This document shows positions 45,080 to 54,748 of a DNA stretch of 64,000 nucleotides, piece by piece. Positions within the stretch are counted from its first letter, which is position 1, and the number at the start of each line of letters is the position of its first letter. The position numbers and the translations under genes are program-made. The stretch spans positions 1-64,000 of the forward strand of contig CAVSJV010000002.1 in the NCBI GenBank assembly GCA_963728405.1, read 5' to 3'. The notes under the pieces are model-generated. The model made no database searches and had not been told where the DNA came from. It was given only the letters and a program-made list of their open reading frames with translations. The stretch is from Methanomassiliicoccaceae archaeon. GTDB taxonomy: Archaea; Thermoplasmatota; Thermoplasmata; Methanomassiliicoccales; Methanomassiliicoccaceae.

Positions 45080-45809
45080 GGGAATCCAACCCCATCTCGC
45101 GGGGATCGATGAGGAAACGCTCGTAGCGATCCCCGTCAACCAGTACGGCCTCGGTGGATCCGATCACCGAGACCTCGTCCATGCCGGGGCGGCCGTGCAC
45201 CAGCAGGGCACGCTGAACGCCCATCTCCGGCAGCACCGGAGGAAGGATGTCCAGGAGCTTGGGCGAGTAAACGCCGATGAGCTGCCGCCGGGGAGCAACC
45301 ACCGGATTGAGCAGCGGCCCCAGCATGTTGAACACCGTCCTCGTGCTGATCTCCTTCCTGACCGGAGCGGCGTGCCTCATGGCCGGGTGAAAGGCGGGAG
45401 CGTAGAGGAAGGCGAAGCCGATGCGATCGAGCGCTCTACTGGCCTCCTCGGGCGCGAGGGATATCCGGGCTCCCAGGGATTCGAGCACATCGGCGCTCCC
45501 GCAGCCCCGGTTGGAGCGGTTGCCGTGCTTCGCCACTGGTATGCCCAGGGAGGCGACGACGAAGGAAGCGATGGTGGATACGTTGAAGGTCCGAAACCTC
45601 GCCCCCCCGGTGCCGCACATGTCCAGCACTATGGGATGGGCGGTCCGCACCGGCACCGCCGCTCGGCGGAACGCCGTCGCCAGGGCCGCGACCTCATGGG
45701 AGGTCTCCCCCCGCCGGGCCATCTCGGTCAGCGATTCGATCATGTCCGGGCGATGAAAGCTCCCGGTGACCAGCCGTTCGGCGAGGATCTCCGGACTGAC
45801 AATGCTCAT
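45080..45809 (-). CDS. trpD: Anthranilate phosphoribosyltransferase, C-terminally truncated at the junction
   Basis: DMCGTGG, FNVST, AKHGNRS, FHPAM, TVFNMLGPL and GMDE motifs. Homology stops after ...IDPREMGLD. Confidence 0.88.
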
Positions 45810-46387
45810 GCCCTCGTCCCCTTCAGGAAGTTCGAGATGATCTGCTTGCCGTGGGGGGTCAGCACCGACTCGGGGTGGAACTGCACCCCTTCGATGGGAT
45901 AGCGGCGATGGCGTATGCCCATGATCGTACCGTCCGCCGTCCGGGAGGTGATCTCCAGATCGGCGGGCACATCGGACGACACGACGAACGAGTGGTAGCG
46001 GCCGGCCAGGAACGGGTTCGGCAGGCCTTCGTAAAGACCGCCACCGTCATGCTGGACCAGCGAGGTCTTGCCATGCACCAGCTGAGCGGCCTTGACGACC
46101 TTACCGCCGTGGAAGTGGGCGATGCCCTGGTGGCCGAGGCAGACTCCCAGGGTGGGGACCACCTTCGAGACCGAGGTGAGGACATCGCCGCACACCCCGA
46201 AATCCCGCCGGTCGCCCGGGATACCGGGTCCGGGGGAGATGACGATGGCGTCGGGGGACAGTCTTTCGACCTGGTCGATGGACAAGGCGTCGTTCCGGGC
46301 GACCACGCAGTCCGCACCTAGTTCCTCGAAGTACTGCTTGAGGTTATAGACGAACGAGTCGTAGTTGTCCAGGATGAGCACGTTCAT
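45806..46387 (-). CDS. trpG: Anthranilate synthase component II (glutamine amidotransferase)
   Basis: MNVLILDNYDSFVYNL, ISPGPG, GVCLGHQ and GVQFHPES motifs. Confidence 0.93.
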   Translation of the reverse strand: MNVLILDNYDSFVYNLKQYFEELGADCVVARNDALSIDQVERLSPDAIVISPGPGIPGDRRDFGVCGDVLTSVSKVVPTLGVCLGHQGIAHFHGGKVVKAAQLVHGKTSLVQHDGGGLYEGLPNPFLAGRYHSFVVSSDVPADLEITSRTADGTIMGIRHRRYPIEGVQFHPESVLTPHGKQIISNFLKGTRA

Positions 46388-47742
46388 GTCGATGCCCCCA
46401 CTGCTCGGGCCAGCGCCGCTTGCAGCGCGCCCAGCTTTTGCTCCGTCTCCACGAACTCGCGACCGGGATCGGAATCGGCCACGATGCCTGCCCCGGCCTG
46501 GAAATGCAGTTTGCCGTTCGTGGCGAACGCCGAGCGAATGGTTATGGCCGTGTCCAGGTTGCCGTTGAACGACAAGTAACCGACCCCGCCGGCGTACGGC
46601 CCGCGGCTCGCTCCCTCTACCTCGCCGATGATCTCCATGGCCCGGGGTTTGGGGGCACCGGAGACCGTCCCGGCCGGGAACACCGAGCACAGTGCGTCCA
46701 TGGAGGTCGTGCCTTGGTTCAGGGTGCCCTGAACCTTGGAAACGATGTGCTGGACATGGGAGAACTCCTCCACCCGCATGTACTCCGGCACGGAGACCGA
46801 CCCGCCTTGACAAACCCGCGAGAGATCGTTACGAGCCAGATCGACCAGCATGGCATGCTCGGCCCGCTCCTTCTCGTCCAGCATGAGCTCCTCGCGGTAC
46901 CGTCGGCGGCCTGCGGTGCCCTCGCCCAGCGGCCTGGTGCCTGCAATGGGAAAGGTCGTCGCTTCCCTGCCCCGTACGGTCAGCAGTGTTTCCGGGCTAC
47001 TGCCAAGGACGGTCCTTTCGCCGAAGTCCAGGAAGAACATGTAGGGAGAGGGGTTGAGGTCCCGCAGTGCCGAATAGAGGTGCAGGAGGTCGCCGCTGTA
47101 GGACGAGGTGAGTCGCCGGGACAGGACGGTCTGGAAGGTCTGCCCGTTCTCGACCCGTTCCTTGATCGTCCTCACTCCGTCCTCGAAATGGTCCCGCCCC
47201 TGCTCGGGCACCGGTGCGCTCGCCTTGAGGCCCCGTTCCGCTCGTCCGGGCATCGAGCCGACGATCTCGCCCAGGGAGCCGGGCTCGCCCACGGACATGA
47301 GATACACCTGGAAGCTCGAATGGTCGTAGATCAGGCACTCCCGGTACAGTCCAAGCTCGAACTCCGGGAAGTCCGAGGGGAACGCCTTCACCGATGACGG
47401 CTCGGACCGGCGGGCGAACTCGTAGGAGAAATAGCCGACCAGTCCGCCGATGAACGGGAAGCGGGTGCAGGGCAGGTCGAACCGCTTCGCCATCTCGCTC
47501 AGGTAGGCCTTGGGTTCCTCCCTTAAATGGTCGAGGCCGGTCCCGCCCTCCACCCTTCCGCCGCGGCAGGCCAGCGTCTCCCCGGGACCGAAGCCCAGGA
47601 ATGAATAGGCTACCGTGCGGCTGCCCCCGACGGCCGATTCCAACATGAAGGAGGAATCGAACTCCGGCCGCAGCCGGCGGTAGACCTCGAAGGGGGGAAG
47701 GGCCAGGTCAAGCCTTTGGATCGTGATGTTGAGTTCCTTCAT
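46384..47742 (-). CDS. trpE: Anthranilate synthase component I
   Basis: MLES, NPSPYMF, PIAGTRP, EHAMLVDLARND and FPAGTVSGAPK motifs. Confidence 0.93.
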   Translation of the reverse strand: MKELNITIQRLDLALPPFEVYRRLRPEFDSSFMLESAVGGSRTVAYSFLGFGPGETLACRGGRVEGGTGLDHLREEPKAYLSEMAKRFDLPCTRFPFIGGLVGYFSYEFARRSEPSSVKAFPSDFPEFELGLYRECLIYDHSSFQVYLMSVGEPGSLGEIVGSMPGRAERGLKASAPVPEQGRDHFEDGVRTIKERVENGQTFQTVLSRRLTSSYSGDLLHLYSALRDLNPSPYMFFLDFGERTVLGSSPETLLTVRGREATTFPIAGTRPLGEGTAGRRRYREELMLDEKERAEHAMLVDLARNDLSRVCQGGSVSVPEYMRVEEFSHVQHIVSKVQGTLNQGTTSMDALCSVFPAGTVSGAPKPRAMEIIGEVEGASRGPYAGGVGYLSFNGNLDTAITIRSAFATNGKLHFQAGAGIVADSDPGREFVETEQKLGALQAALARAVGAST

Positions 47743-47749
47743 GCTTTTA

Positions 47750-47785
47750 GGTACAACGATACACATATTTAAGCAGTATTGTACA
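47750..47785 (-). promoter_or_regulatory. Archaeal TATA box of trpEGD flanked by TGTACA-like boxes
   Basis: Minus-strand TTAAATAT (47765-47772) ~25 nt upstream of the ATG. TGTACA at 47780-47785 and a TGTACC-like site at 47750-47755. Confidence 0.5.
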
Positions 47786-47845
47786 TATTAGAGCATTTTT
47801 GCAAGGACAACAGAAATTATACCGGGGAGGTGGCTCCACCCCTCC

Positions 47846-48424
47846 ATGAAGGTCATCGCGTTCAACGGCAGCCCCCGGGCGAACGGCAACACGCACCGCG
47901 CATTGGAGGTCGTGCTGGAGGAGATCGCCAAGGAAGGTATCGAGACCGAGCTGGTCCAGATGGGCAGCGAGGACATCGCTCCCTGCCAGGGCTGCGGGGT
48001 CTGCGGGCAGAAGAAGGACCGCAAGTGCAAGCGGAAGGATGACAAGGTCAACGAGTGGGTGGAGAAGATGGCGGCCGCAGACGGGATCATCATCGGCTCT
48101 CCGGTCTACTTTGGCAGCATGAATGCCCAGACCAAGGCGTTCATCGACCGGGTCGGCTACGTGAACCGGGCCAACGGCGACCTGTTCAAGCGAAAGGTCG
48201 GCGCCTCGGTCGCAGTGAACCGCCGGGCCGGTGCGCTCGCCGCCTTCCAGGAGATGAACAACTTCTTCCTTATAGGGCAGATGATCGTGGTCGGGTCCTC
48301 GTACTGGAACGTGCTAACCGCCCTCCGCCCGGGGGACGTGGAGAAGGATGAGGAAGGTCTGAGGACCATGCGTGACCTCGGAAGAAATATGGCCTGGGCG
48401 ATCAAGAAGCTCGCTTCGCCGTGA
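47846..48424 (+). CDS. Iron-sulfur flavoprotein (Isf-like flavodoxin family)
   Basis: NGSPRANGNT, CQGCGVCGQKKDRKC and GSPVYFG motifs; GGAGGTG RBS. Confidence 0.9.
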   Translation: MKVIAFNGSPRANGNTHRALEVVLEEIAKEGIETELVQMGSEDIAPCQGCGVCGQKKDRKCKRKDDKVNEWVEKMAAADGIIIGSPVYFGSMNAQTKAFIDRVGYVNRANGDLFKRKVGASVAVNRRAGALAAFQEMNNFFLIGQMIVVGSSYWNVLTALRPGDVEKDEEGLRTMRDLGRNMAWAIKKLASP

Positions 48425-48427
48425 CCA

Positions 48428-48700
48428 ATGCTCCGAGGCGGACAACTCCAGCAGGGGCAGACGTTCAGCAGCAGCTTGCCCTCGGCCTTTCGCAGATGCT
48501 CTATGAACGGCGAGGCGGACAGTCCGGCCAGGCGGGTCGTCTCGTCCGCGCTGACCTTGGTGGGCGGATCGAAGCAGCCGTTCCCGATCGCCAAGCTCAG
48601 CACCTCGGCCTGCTTATTCGTCAGCCCATTGAAGAGGTAGCCACCCGCACCAACATCTCCTCGGTGAAGTTCGGGAGCCCCAGCTGATGGATCGGTTCCA
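48428..48700 (-). pseudogene. Decayed Bat-type (HTH_10) regulator fragment
   Basis: LTNKQAEVLSLAIGNGCFDPPTKVSADETTRLAGLSASPFIEHLRKAEGKLL resembles HTH_10; no intact N-terminus. Confidence 0.6.
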
Positions 48701-48786
48701 ACTTGACCGCGCCGCCCTGATGACCTTGGCTGTAGGAAGGGCCTAAGCGGAAATGTTTAATTGGTCGTCGCCGTTGGTCTAGGTGC

Positions 48787-49455
48787 ATGACCGTAAGGGC
48801 AAGGGCCAGTAAGCGCCTTCTCATCTATTCTTCGCTGACGGCGACGGTCGCTGCGGCCGCGTATCTCTACGGTCTGTTCTTCGATCATACCGGCCTGCTC
48901 CGGAATCTGTTCATCACGCTATCCTTCCTGGGCCTGGGCATACTGATCAAGTATAGTGACCAGGCTTATGACGAGGACATGTACTCGAGGCGGGCGACCC
49001 TGCTCATGGCGATCCCTGGAGGTCTATGGATGGGCACCCTGATCGCTGTGGATGGCGGTTCGGCGACCATATGCCTCGGCCTGCTGTTCGCTCTCCTCTT
49101 CGCCGGGAAGTACGACAATCTCCCTTTCAAGATAGGGTTCGTCGTCGCCCTGGGGTTCGGCATCGTGGCCATCCTCTACGGCGTCGGCACCTTCGACCTC
49201 CTGGGAGCGTTGATCGTCCTGGTGGCGGCTTTCATCGACGAGAAGGCCAACGATCTCCCCGGGGTGGACGAGGGTGGCGACTGGAAGGCGGTGCTCTTCC
49301 ACCACCGCCCCTTCCTCAAAGTAGCGGTGCTGGTCCTTTGCCTGGTCGGCATCCTACCATCACTGCTGTACTTCTTTGCCTTCCTGGCCTTCGATTTCGG
49401 TTACGTGCTGGTGGAGGCCTTGAGCATTTCCAAGGAGGCTCCCAGCGTTGGATGA
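48787..49455 (+). CDS. Archaeal polytopic membrane protein of unknown function with acidic motifs
   Basis: About 7 TM helices; IKYSDQAYDE, GKYDN, DEKAND, HRPF and FDFGY. Confidence 0.75.
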   Translation: MTVRARASKRLLIYSSLTATVAAAAYLYGLFFDHTGLLRNLFITLSFLGLGILIKYSDQAYDEDMYSRRATLLMAIPGGLWMGTLIAVDGGSATICLGLLFALLFAGKYDNLPFKIGFVVALGFGIVAILYGVGTFDLLGALIVLVAAFIDEKANDLPGVDEGGDWKAVLFHHRPFLKVAVLVLCLVGILPSLLYFFAFLAFDFGYVLVEALSISKEAPSVG

Positions 49456-50506
49456 GTACGATGTGGTCATTGTCGGCGCCGGCCCCTCGGGAGCGGCGGC
49501 CGGCTATTTCCTTAAGCGACTGAGGCCGAATGCGAACGTCCTGATGGTCGATCGCCTGGACGAGGCGAAGTATGGGCGGTACCACCGTATGTGCGGGGAG
49601 GCTATTTCGAAGGCCGCGTTCAAGGAGCTGTCCCCGATCGCCCCCGGCCCGGTCGTCCATGAGATATCGAAGGTACAGGAGGTGTGGCCAGGAGGGACCG
49701 TCCTGGAGACCAGGGCGAATGGCTACATCCTGGACCGGCCCAAGTTCCTCCAGGGGATTCTGTCAGACTATCGTTCGATGGATGGTCTCCTCATAGTGGA
49801 TGCGGTGAAAGAGATCACCCCTGCAGTAAAGGGTCTCATCATCGGTCTGTCCTCGGGCAGAGAGGTGCGGGCGGGAACGATCATCGGTGCTGATGGTGCC
49901 CATTCAGTGGTCCGACGTACTCTGTTCAAGGAGGAACCCCCCCTCATGCTATGGACCGAACAGTTCCTGGTCCGGAAGAAGGTGGACACGGAAGTGATGA
50001 CGTTCATCCAGGGAGAGCGATACAAAGGCGGTTACCGGTGGGAGTTCCCGGCCGGGGACCTCGCCCGCATCGGCTTCCCCCGGGGGACCGACCTGGTCGA
50101 GGAAGAGGTACTGGAAACGCATCGGCGGGCTATCCCTGGGGGAGGGCTCGCCTGCATCGTTCGGGGCAACGCCGTGCTGACCGGCGACGCGGCGGCCATG
50201 GCCAATCCCCTGACCGCTGGTGGCATACGAGTGGCGATGCTATCAGGCCGGCGAGCGGCCGAAGCGATCGTCGCGAGGGATCTGGGGCGATATCAGGAAT
50301 GGTGGACCTCCTCCCCCTTCGCCCAGGATAAATATCTAAAAGCCTTCAGGATGTTCGAGGGCATGACCGACCAGGACTATGTCAGGGCGGTCAGAGGGTT
50401 CAGCGGCCGGGTCAAGGCGGCATCGTTGCTATGGGCCTATCTGACCCGACCGGAGTTCCGGGACCTATATCGGGCCTACGGTCCCTCGGGAAAATACGGG
50501 TGGTAG
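49448..50506 (+). CDS. Geranylgeranyl reductase-family FAD oxidoreductase 1
   Basis: VGAGPSG, MCGEAIS, GADGAHS, GGYRWEFP and GDAAAMANPLTAGGI motifs. Confidence 0.87.
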   Translation: MDEYDVVIVGAGPSGAAAGYFLKRLRPNANVLMVDRLDEAKYGRYHRMCGEAISKAAFKELSPIAPGPVVHEISKVQEVWPGGTVLETRANGYILDRPKFLQGILSDYRSMDGLLIVDAVKEITPAVKGLIIGLSSGREVRAGTIIGADGAHSVVRRTLFKEEPPLMLWTEQFLVRKKVDTEVMTFIQGERYKGGYRWEFPAGDLARIGFPRGTDLVEEEVLETHRRAIPGGGLACIVRGNAVLTGDAAAMANPLTAGGIRVAMLSGRRAAEAIVARDLGRYQEWWTSSPFAQDKYLKAFRMFEGMTDQDYVRAVRGFSGRVKAASLLWAYLTRPEFRDLYRAYGPSGKYGW

Positions 50507-50507
50507 A

Positions 50508-51740
50508 GTGGACAAGGACTGGGAAGTACTAGTGATAGGGGCCGGCCCGGCCGGTAGCGGGGCTGCGCTGGCGGCCGCGGAAGGTGGGGCCAAGACACTG
50601 TTGATCGACCGTAAGAAGGAGATAGGGACCCCGGTGCAGTGCGGCGAGGTGGTGGGCGAATCGCTCATCAAGCAGCTGAAGCTCAAGGTGCCTCCGCAGG
50701 CCATCGCTTCGGTACAGGACCACACCCGCTTCTTGCTGGACCGCCGGATCATGGTCACCTCCAGGGAACCGTACTGGCGGAGCGTCACCCTCGAGCGGAA
50801 GATCTTCGACAAGCTACTGGCCGCCCGGGCCGCAGAGGCCGGGGCGAGGGTCCAGGCTGACACCCGGCTTGTGTCCATCGAGCTGAAGGACGGGAATGTG
50901 GTAGAGGCGGAGCTGATGCATCGGGGGGAGGCGCTCACTGTCAAGCCTAAAGTGGTCATCGCCGCCGACGGCGTCCATTCCACTATGGCCAAGCTGATGA
51001 ACGAGACCCTCTACCCTGACACCACCATGGCCCGGGGGATCGAGTACGAGATGATCGCCAAGAAGAAGCTGCCCACCGGCATGCACATCTTCCTGGAACC
51101 AGAGGTCGGCCTGGGCTACGGCTGGATCATCCCCAAGGGGCCTAAGCGAGCCAACGTCGGCCTGGGGATAATCGGATTGGAAGAGAAGCGCCGCTCTACC
51201 CTGCAGGATTGGGTCATGGGCAACCCGGTGGTCTCGGAGTACTTCGACATGGACCGAGTGGTTGAGGTCAAGAGCGGTGACGCCCCCCTGCCAGGCTTCC
51301 TGGGCGGGCCCCGTCGCGGCAATGTCCTGTTCGCCGGTGATGCCGCCGGTCAAACGCTGGCGTTCGTCGGTGAGGGCATCCTGCCCTCTTACGCCTGCGG
51401 TCAGGGCGCAGGAGCGGTAGCGGCCTCGGCCATCCGGCAGAAGAATATATCGAAGCTCGACTGCTATGATCGAGCCGTCAGCGACCTGATGGGCGAAGAG
51501 CTCGAGAAGGGTGCCGCGCTCAAGGATGCCATTCTGGGCCTATGGGGGGACGGATCCATTCCAGAGGGTGCGCGGACCCTGGTGTGCGGGCTCATCATGT
51601 CCGAGGGCATCTTCCCGGAAGAGATCGAGCAGGCCCTGGAGCTCGTGCAGCTCCCCGACCGTAAGCTGGCCCAGGCCATCAAGGCCGGCCTGGAGAAGCG
51701 CAAGCTGCGAGCCCGGGTCTCCCTCCTGCACCACCGCTAA
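50508..51740 (+). CDS. Geranylgeranyl reductase-family FAD oxidoreductase 2
   Basis: IGAGPAGS, EIGTPVQCGE, AADGVHS, GYGWIIPKG and GDAAGQ..GEGI motifs. Confidence 0.88.
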   Translation: MDKDWEVLVIGAGPAGSGAALAAAEGGAKTLLIDRKKEIGTPVQCGEVVGESLIKQLKLKVPPQAIASVQDHTRFLLDRRIMVTSREPYWRSVTLERKIFDKLLAARAAEAGARVQADTRLVSIELKDGNVVEAELMHRGEALTVKPKVVIAADGVHSTMAKLMNETLYPDTTMARGIEYEMIAKKKLPTGMHIFLEPEVGLGYGWIIPKGPKRANVGLGIIGLEEKRRSTLQDWVMGNPVVSEYFDMDRVVEVKSGDAPLPGFLGGPRRGNVLFAGDAAGQTLAFVGEGILPSYACGQGAGAVAASAIRQKNISKLDCYDRAVSDLMGEELEKGAALKDAILGLWGDGSIPEGARTLVCGLIMSEGIFPEEIEQALELVQLPDRKLAQAIKAGLEKRKLRARVSLLHHR

Positions 51741-51785
51741 GCTTTTACCATAAAGTTGGATGTATAATCCAATGGGTCGAGGCGA

Positions 51786-52331
51786 ATGAGCGATAAAACG
51801 GACATCCGGGAAAAGCTGGGGCTAGTGCACGTATACACAGGCAACGGCAAAGGGAAAACGACCGCCGCCCTGGGATTGGCGCTTCGGGCCATGGGCAATG
51901 ATCTCCAGGTGGCCATGGTCCAGTTCATGAAGAGCCCCCAGTACTACGGAGAATACGAGATCGCTAAATCGCTGCCTAACCTCACCTTGCTGCCCATGGG
52001 GCGCGACTGCCTGGTATATGAAGGAAAAGCCAAGCAGGAGGACTATGATGCCGCGGAGGCCGCCCTCAAGAAGGCCAGGGAGCTAATGCAATCCGGGCGG
52101 TACGATCTGGTCATCCTGGATGAGGTGAACGTCGCTATCTTCATGGGCCTGATAAAGGTGGAGGACGTGGTCAAGGTCGTAACGCAGAGACCTCCTCGGG
52201 TGGAGGTCGTGCTGACCGGTCGGTACGCGCCCCCGGAGATCATAGAAGTGGCCGATCTGGTGACCGAGATGTGCCTGATCAAGCACCCATACAACAGGGG
52301 CATCCCGGCCCGGGACGGCATCGAGCGCTGA
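51786..52331 (+). CDS. cobO: Cob(I)yrinic acid a,c-diamide adenosyltransferase
   Basis: VYTGNGKGKTTAALGLALRA, QFMK, LDEVN, LTGR and KHPY motifs. Confidence 0.93.
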   Translation: MSDKTDIREKLGLVHVYTGNGKGKTTAALGLALRAMGNDLQVAMVQFMKSPQYYGEYEIAKSLPNLTLLPMGRDCLVYEGKAKQEDYDAAEAALKKARELMQSGRYDLVILDEVNVAIFMGLIKVEDVVKVVTQRPPRVEVVLTGRYAPPEIIEVADLVTEMCLIKHPYNRGIPARDGIER

Positions 52332-52673
52332 TCACGCTTTTGGGAACAACGTGAGCAGGAAGACCAGATCCTCGGTGGCGTCCACGGCGTGGCGCTGCTC
52401 TTTGGGCATGTGGACCCAGGTTCCCGGCGCGGCGTCGTGCTTCGTTTCTCCCAGGGTTATCGCCGCGCGACCTCTCAGCACATGGATGGATGCCGGCATG
52501 CTCGAGGTGTGCTCGGACAGGCTCTGTCCCTTGACCATGCAGAACAGCACCATCTTACATTCCGGTCGCTCCAGGAAGGTCTTGGAGACTATACCTTCGC
52601 TGGCGAACTGGACCATCTTGTCCAGGTCCTTCACCACCGGCCCCTCCCGGTCCTCGATATCGATCTGCGCCAT
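52332..52673 (-). CDS. Cupin domain protein
   Basis: GQSLSEHT...MPKEQRHAVDA. Confidence 0.85.
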   Translation of the reverse strand: MAQIDIEDREGPVVKDLDKMVQFASEGIVSKTFLERPECKMVLFCMVKGQSLSEHTSSMPASIHVLRGRAAITLGETKHDAAPGTWVHMPKEQRHAVDATEDLVFLLTLFPKA

Positions 52674-52777
52674 AGGCCTTATATGCGACCAGGCCGATAA
52701 TCTACCTGTCGAAATGTTATTAACTTTTAGGTAAATATTTAATAATAATGTCTCTATCCCCCTGAAGGTAGAATAAA

Positions 52778-53539
52778 ATGGATCCCCTCGTGCTTCTCGG
52801 CATATATTCTGCGCTTATCATACTGGTGTCCCTTATCGGCGGGAGCCTGCCGCTGCTTAGGAACTGGAGCTCCAGCCAGCTCCACCTGATGACTGGGCTG
52901 AGCGCCGGGGTGTTCATCGGGGCCACCTTCATCATCCTGATACCGGACGCCGTGGAGGCCATGGATCCCAGCGAAGCGCTCATGTTGGTCATGGTTGGCT
53001 TCATCATCATCCTGCTGTTCGAAGTGCTCCTCAAGCACCGTCATCAGGACGAGTGCGAGGAGCACACCGCCGAGCATCAGCATTCCCTCACCAGCACGAC
53101 GGCGTTCGTCGGTCTGAGCATCCATTCGGCCATGGACGGCTTCGCCCTCGGGGTGGCGGTGGTCCTCAATCAGGACATCGGAACGGTCGTCTTCCTGGCT
53201 ATCCTGGCCCACAAGGCCATCGACGTCTTCTCGCTGTCGACGACCTTTGCCCTCGCTGATATCGATAAGAAAAAGGGCATTACCTTCATGGTGCTGTTCT
53301 CGCTCATAACCCCCATCGCCGCGGTCATCGCCTATCCGTTCATCGATCTGCTCACCAATATCGACGTAGGCATCCCTCTGGCCCTGGCCGGCGGGACGTT
53401 CATGTATGTGGGTATATACGACCTGCTGCCGGAAGCGTTCCACGAGGAGCACAGTGGGATCAAGGCTATTGCCCTGGTCGCGCTGGGTATCGTACTGATG
53501 TATGTGTTGGGCACCGTGCTCAAGACGGCGGGAATCTGA
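52778..53539 (+). CDS. ZIP-family metal transporter
   Basis: His-rich loop; HSAMDG, AHKAID and YDLLPEA motifs. Confidence 0.9.
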   Translation: MDPLVLLGIYSALIILVSLIGGSLPLLRNWSSSQLHLMTGLSAGVFIGATFIILIPDAVEAMDPSEALMLVMVGFIIILLFEVLLKHRHQDECEEHTAEHQHSLTSTTAFVGLSIHSAMDGFALGVAVVLNQDIGTVVFLAILAHKAIDVFSLSTTFALADIDKKKGITFMVLFSLITPIAAVIAYPFIDLLTNIDVGIPLALAGGTFMYVGIYDLLPEAFHEEHSGIKAIALVALGIVLMYVLGTVLKTAGI

Positions 53540-53584
53540 ACCCGCCCGTAAAACGCTAATTACCCGGTGCAACAATTGAACATC

Positions 53585-54715
53585 ATGAAGGCCTCGCTCA
53601 AGATAGGACGGATATTCGGGATACCGATCAAGATCCACATAACCTTCCTCCTGATCCTTCCGGTGTTCGCCCTTTCCTTCGGCTTCGTCAGTTCAACGGT
53701 CCTCGGCTTCATCCTGAGCTACAACGACCTGCCGATCGATGTCTTTGGAAAGTTCATCCTCGGATTGCTGGCGGCAGTCCTGTTCTTCATCGCCGTCCTT
53801 TTGCACGAGCTGGCGCATTCCTATGTCGCGATACGTAACGGTTACACGATATCGGGCATAACTCTTCTCATCTTCGGGGGGGTCTCGGAGATCGAACGGG
53901 AGCCGCCCCAGGCGCCCGGGGAAGCGTGGATGGCCTTCGTTGGCCCCGCCGCCAGCTTTGCCATTGGCCTCGCGCTCCTGCCCGTATGGTTCATTTTCAG
54001 CAGCCTTTCCGGACTGGCAGCGAACATTGCCGCCATCACTGCCGGCCTGATGAGCTTCTATAACATCCTCCTGGGAGCCTTCAACATCATCCCGGCCTTC
54101 CCCATGGATGGGGGGCGGGTGCTCCGGGCCACCTTGGCCAAGCGGCTGGGGTTCGTACGCGCCACCACCATCGCGGTCCAGGTCGGCAAGATGCTCGCCC
54201 TGGTCATGGGGTTCGTGGGGATACTGTTCTTCAATCCCTGGCTGATCTTCATCGCCTTCTTCCTGTACATCGGCGCGGGGGAGGAGGAGCGGAGCACGCT
54301 CCTGTCCCAGGCGCTGGAAGGCCTGTCCATCGGACAGATCATGAGCCGCAACGTGTCCACCATCGCGCCGAATGCCACGGTCCGCGACCTCTTCGATAAG
54401 ATGATGGTCGAAAAGCACCTGGGCTATCCCGTGGTAGAGGACGGGCGCCTGATCGGCATCGTGACCCTGGAGGACGGCCAGAAGGTCCCCGCCGAGCAGC
54501 GGAACATTCTCACCGTGGGGAAGATCATGACTTCCAAGGTGATCACCGTCTCACCCGACACCCCGGCCATGGAGGCGATCCAGGCCGTTCAGCGCGCTCG
54601 CATCGGCCGGCTGGTGGTGCTCGAGAACGACAAAGTGGTGGGCATCGTCAGCCGCTCTGATCTGATGAGGGTGTTGGAAGTGAGGGCCGCGGAGAAATCG
54701 GGCACTAGGGCCTAG
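53585..54715 (+). CDS. Site-2 protease (M50) with CBS domains
   Basis: HELAH and [13 protein letters not shown] motifs plus two CBS domains. Confidence 0.92.
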   Translation: MKASLKIGRIFGIPIKIHITFLLILPVFALSFGFVSSTVLGFILSYNDLPIDVFGKFILGLLAAVLFFIAVLLHELAHSYVAIRNGYTISGITLLIFGGVSEIEREPPQAPGEAWMAFVGPAASFAIGLALLPVWFIFSSLSGLAANIAAITAGLMSFYNILLGAFNIIPAFPMDGGRVLRATLAKRLGFVRATTIAVQVGKMLALVMGFVGILFFNPWLIFIAFFLYIGAGEEERSTLLSQALEGLSIGQIMSRNVSTIAPNATVRDLFDKMMVEKHLGYPVVEDGRLIGIVTLEDGQKVPAEQRNILTVGKIMTSKVITVSPDTPAMEAIQAVQRARIGRLVVLENDKVVGIVSRSDLMRVLEVRAAEKSGTRA

Positions 54716-54748
54716 TTCTATCTAGGCCGCCGGTCATACGGCGAAAAG

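Noticed and set aside
44904-45080. C-terminal ~58 aa of the 301-aa trpD ORF
   Set aside because: This is non-homologous Ser/Gly/Arg-rich read-through across the junction into the antisense strand of the bacterial NTase gene.
50500-50510. Pyrrolysine read-through fusing the two GGR genes at the TAG
   Set aside because: The second gene starts 1 nt out of frame with the first.
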